This document shows positions 61,739 through 64,000 of a stretch of DNA of 64,000 bases, piece after piece; position 1 is the stretch's first letter, and the number at the start of each line of letters is the position of its first letter. Origin of the DNA: Spirochaetia bacterium (lineage in GTDB: Bacteria; Spirochaetota; Spirochaetia; UBA9216); assembly GCA_965140585.1 (NCBI GenBank), contig OZ223269.1, forward strand, positions 832,001 to 896,000. Reading direction: 5' to 3'. The position numbers and the translations under genes are program-made. Under the pieces are notes generated by a model. That model searched no databases and was not told the origin of the DNA. It saw only the letters and a program-made list of their open reading frames with translations.

Positions 61739-63631
61739 TTATCTTTTTTTCATTTCCTCTGCTTTACTGAAATACATTTTGGAATAATCTTTAAGACCTT
61801 TTTCACGGTAGATTATTCCCATATTACGAAACAGCCGCCAGTCACGATGACCGCTGTATAAACATTTCTGAAAAATGGTTAATGCCTCTTCAGGTTTTCC
61901 CAGCCTGTACAATGAAACTCCATATGTCAGGAATAGATCTGTTCCCGGCTTTGGCAGGTAATCTATTGCCGCTGCAAGCAGAAGACCTGCCTGAACTTCA
62001 TTTCCAGATCTTCGATAGCAGTAGACAAGGTTTTTCAGTATATTTTCATCATCAGGAAAAGTTTGTAGTATTCTGCGATAGAGTATTGCGGCTTCTCTGT
62101 AGTTTTTACACATTCTATTGCAGTATGCAAGCTGCCTGATTATTTTAACATTTGTACTCTGTTCAGCTGAAATAATTTCCAGTTCAGTTATAGCCTGTTT
62201 GAAATTTACATTCTTGATATAGATATGTACAAGCTTTTCTCTAATCTGCTGATCCGATCGGTAAACCCGAAGGTAATCACTAAGAATTTTAGCAGTATTA
62301 TTATCAAAGCTGTTATGATGAATGAGTAAAAGGCCGTCCCAGGCTTCTTTGTGATCAGGTTTGGCCGCTACAGCTTTTTTAAAAAGTTTTTCAGCTTTTC
62401 CGGGATCTTTTCCCTGTTTTAAATAGTATTCACCCAGGACAGTACAGTACCAGTGATCAGGATTTTTCTTGATTCTCTGCTCGATAGCAAACTTCCATTC
62501 AGATTCCGGTTCTTTTAAATAATAACTGCACAAGGGCTTATAATATTCAGCAAATTCGTCTGACGGATTTATTTTCAGGATCGCAGTAATTTCTTTCTTC
62601 ATATTACTGTAATCTCTTAACAGCCATAGCGAAGCAGCCCGTCCCTGCATAGCACCTGAGGACTTTCTGTTTATTTCAAGAGCCCTTGTGAAATGATTAT
62701 AAGCTATCTCAATATTTCCGGATTTAAGCATACAGTCGCCGGCAAGCAGATGCATATTTTCGGTTATACCTTTTTTAAGGGATTTGATGGCAAAATGAAA
62801 AGCAGATTTATACTCATTTCTTTTGTAATAGGATACTGCTAATATATCTTCAAGATTACTGATATTACTGATAAAGTTGTTCTTCTCAGCAGGAGTCATA
62901 AAAGAACTTAAAACATGATCACCTTCCTCAATTTGCCCGCTAAGAAAAAGAGCCTCTGCCAGCAGGCTTTTTATTTCATTATCATCAGGGGCGTATTCTG
63001 AGGCCATCTGTAAAAAATCCGCAGCTTCATCCGCTTTTCCGCTGTCTTTCAGAATGATTCCTGTATAAAGAAGGGTAGAAAGGTTTGAGTTGTCAGAATC
63101 ATTCAGAAAGAGAAATCCTGATAGGGCATAGTCGAAATCCTCTTTTCTGAAGGCATCAACTGAAGCAATAAAAACCGCATTTACGTACATCGTATAAATT
63201 GATCTGTCAACGGGATCCAGATTAACAGCCTGTTCAAGATATCTTAGTGCTGTTCTGAATTTTCCCCGTCTTACAAGGGAATATCCGTAATAGGCATAGG
63301 CGGGAGCGAAACCGTTGTTGTACTGTATTGATTCGGCAAAACAAATTGAAGCCTGTACAAAATTATCTAAAGCAATATAGGTTCTTCCGAGATAAAAATA
63401 TCCGGCTCCTGATTCTGGTACTTTATCTATATAAAATTTATAGGCAGTAACAGCGGCTTCAAGATTACCAAGGGCATGGTTTGCCCTTCCTGTATATAGA
63501 AAGGCTTCCGGGAGGCTGTCAGTCAGAACCAGCACCTCTTTCAGTTTTTTCAGTGCTGTCTGATAATTCCGGCTGCGGCCGTCTTCTATTGCCTCAGCAA
63601 GAAGTTTTTCAGGACTTTTGGTTTTTATCAT
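61739..63631 (-). CDS. Cytoplasmic TPR-repeat protein
   Basis: More than 10 TPR-like repeats (AFLYTGRANHALG, GYFYLGRTYIALD, AYAYYGYSLVRRG); no signal peptide. Confidence 0.85.
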   Translation of the reverse strand: MIKTKSPEKLLAEAIEDGRSRNYQTALKKLKEVLVLTDSLPEAFLYTGRANHALGNLEAAVTAYKFYIDKVPESGAGYFYLGRTYIALDNFVQASICFAESIQYNNGFAPAYAYYGYSLVRRGKFRTALRYLEQAVNLDPVDRSIYTMYVNAVFIASVDAFRKEDFDYALSGFLFLNDSDNSNLSTLLYTGIILKDSGKADEAADFLQMASEYAPDDNEIKSLLAEALFLSGQIEEGDHVLSSFMTPAEKNNFISNISNLEDILAVSYYKRNEYKSAFHFAIKSLKKGITENMHLLAGDCMLKSGNIEIAYNHFTRALEINRKSSGAMQGRAASLWLLRDYSNMKKEITAILKINPSDEFAEYYKPLCSYYLKEPESEWKFAIEQRIKKNPDHWYCTVLGEYYLKQGKDPGKAEKLFKKAVAAKPDHKEAWDGLLLIHHNSFDNNTAKILSDYLRVYRSDQQIREKLVHIYIKNVNFKQAITELEIISAEQSTNVKIIRQLAYCNRMCKNYREAAILYRRILQTFPDDENILKNLVYCYRRSGNEVQAGLLLAAAIDYLPKPGTDLFLTYGVSLYRLGKPEEALTIFQKCLYSGHRDWRLFRNMGIIYREKGLKDYSKMYFSKAEEMKKR

Positions 63632-63668
63632 AGATATAGAATATTATCATATTTAAACCCGGTATGTA

Positions 63669-63697
63669 TTCACATTTTAAAAGTTTTCTGGTATCTT
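63669..63697 (+). promoter_or_regulatory. Putative purB promoter (likely leaderless)
   Basis: TTCACA-17nt-TATCTT with TG extension, 5 nt before ATG 63703; no SD. Confidence 0.5.
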
Positions 63698-63702
63698 CTC
63701 GT

Positions 63703-64000
63703 ATGGAAGACAGAAACATTTTTAAGAACATATCACCGCTAGATCACCGATATTATTTAGCAAACCGAAAGAATTTTGATGCCCTGGCAGAATATATAAG
63801 CGAAGAAGCCAGTATCATGTACTGCATCAAAGCCGAGTGTGCACTTCTTAAGAGCCACATGAGCCTTCAGAGCCCCGTTTATGACAGTTTCTTCGAGACC
63901 GTTGACCGAATAGCAGAAGAAATAACTCCTGATGAAGTATACGCTGAAGAAGAAAAAACACAGCATAACATCAGAGCTCTTGTTAATGTAATGAAAGCCA
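63703..64000 (+). CDS. purB: Adenylosuccinate lyase, 5' part (truncated by window; absent from the ORF track)
   Basis: Hand translation MEDRNIFKNISPLDHRY..EYISEEA..EEEKTQHNIRALVN matches the PurB ISPLDxRY and ExxTxHD-type motifs. Confidence 0.85.
   Translation, partial: MEDRNIFKNISPLDHRYYLANRKNFDALAEYISEEASIMYCIKAECALLKSHMSLQSPVYDSFFETVDRIAEEITPDEVYAEEEKTQHNIRALVNVMKA

Noticed and set aside
63757-63966. 69-aa minus-strand ORF
   Set aside because: Antisense shadow of purB, which runs off the window end on the plus strand

Overview
AT-rich chromosomal backbone of a spirochaete, most likely a non-Borrelia member of the Spirochaetales. The assignment rests on cfpA, the murI-rsgA-mutS2-V-ATPase block, uvrA-lptD, ybeY-corC-TPR-gap-pgk-tpiA-secG and miaB-lapA-SPOR / VWA-pallilysin-like genes, all gene orders recalled from Treponema and Borrelia. 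About 47 CDS are present. I found no rRNA, tRNA, CRISPR array or mobile element. The most interesting locus is 55268-61060: cfpA, whose product ends in a histone-H1-like tail with an AT-hook; a hypothetical protein whose C-terminal ~85 aa look like a divergent HPr with its His retained; and a PPDK homologue. That homologue has lost its ATP-grasp catalytic residues but keeps the phospho-His and PEP/pyruvate domains. Together these suggest a PPDK-derived Enzyme-I/HPr-like phosphorelay attached to the cytoplasmic filament (inference). Other points: probable CTG starts (mutS2, lptD), several apparently leaderless promoters, a split purH, a Na+-type V-ATPase, and a ~1690-aa Ig-repeat/beta-helix exported protein. 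Family calls come from motif recognition only; no searches were run.
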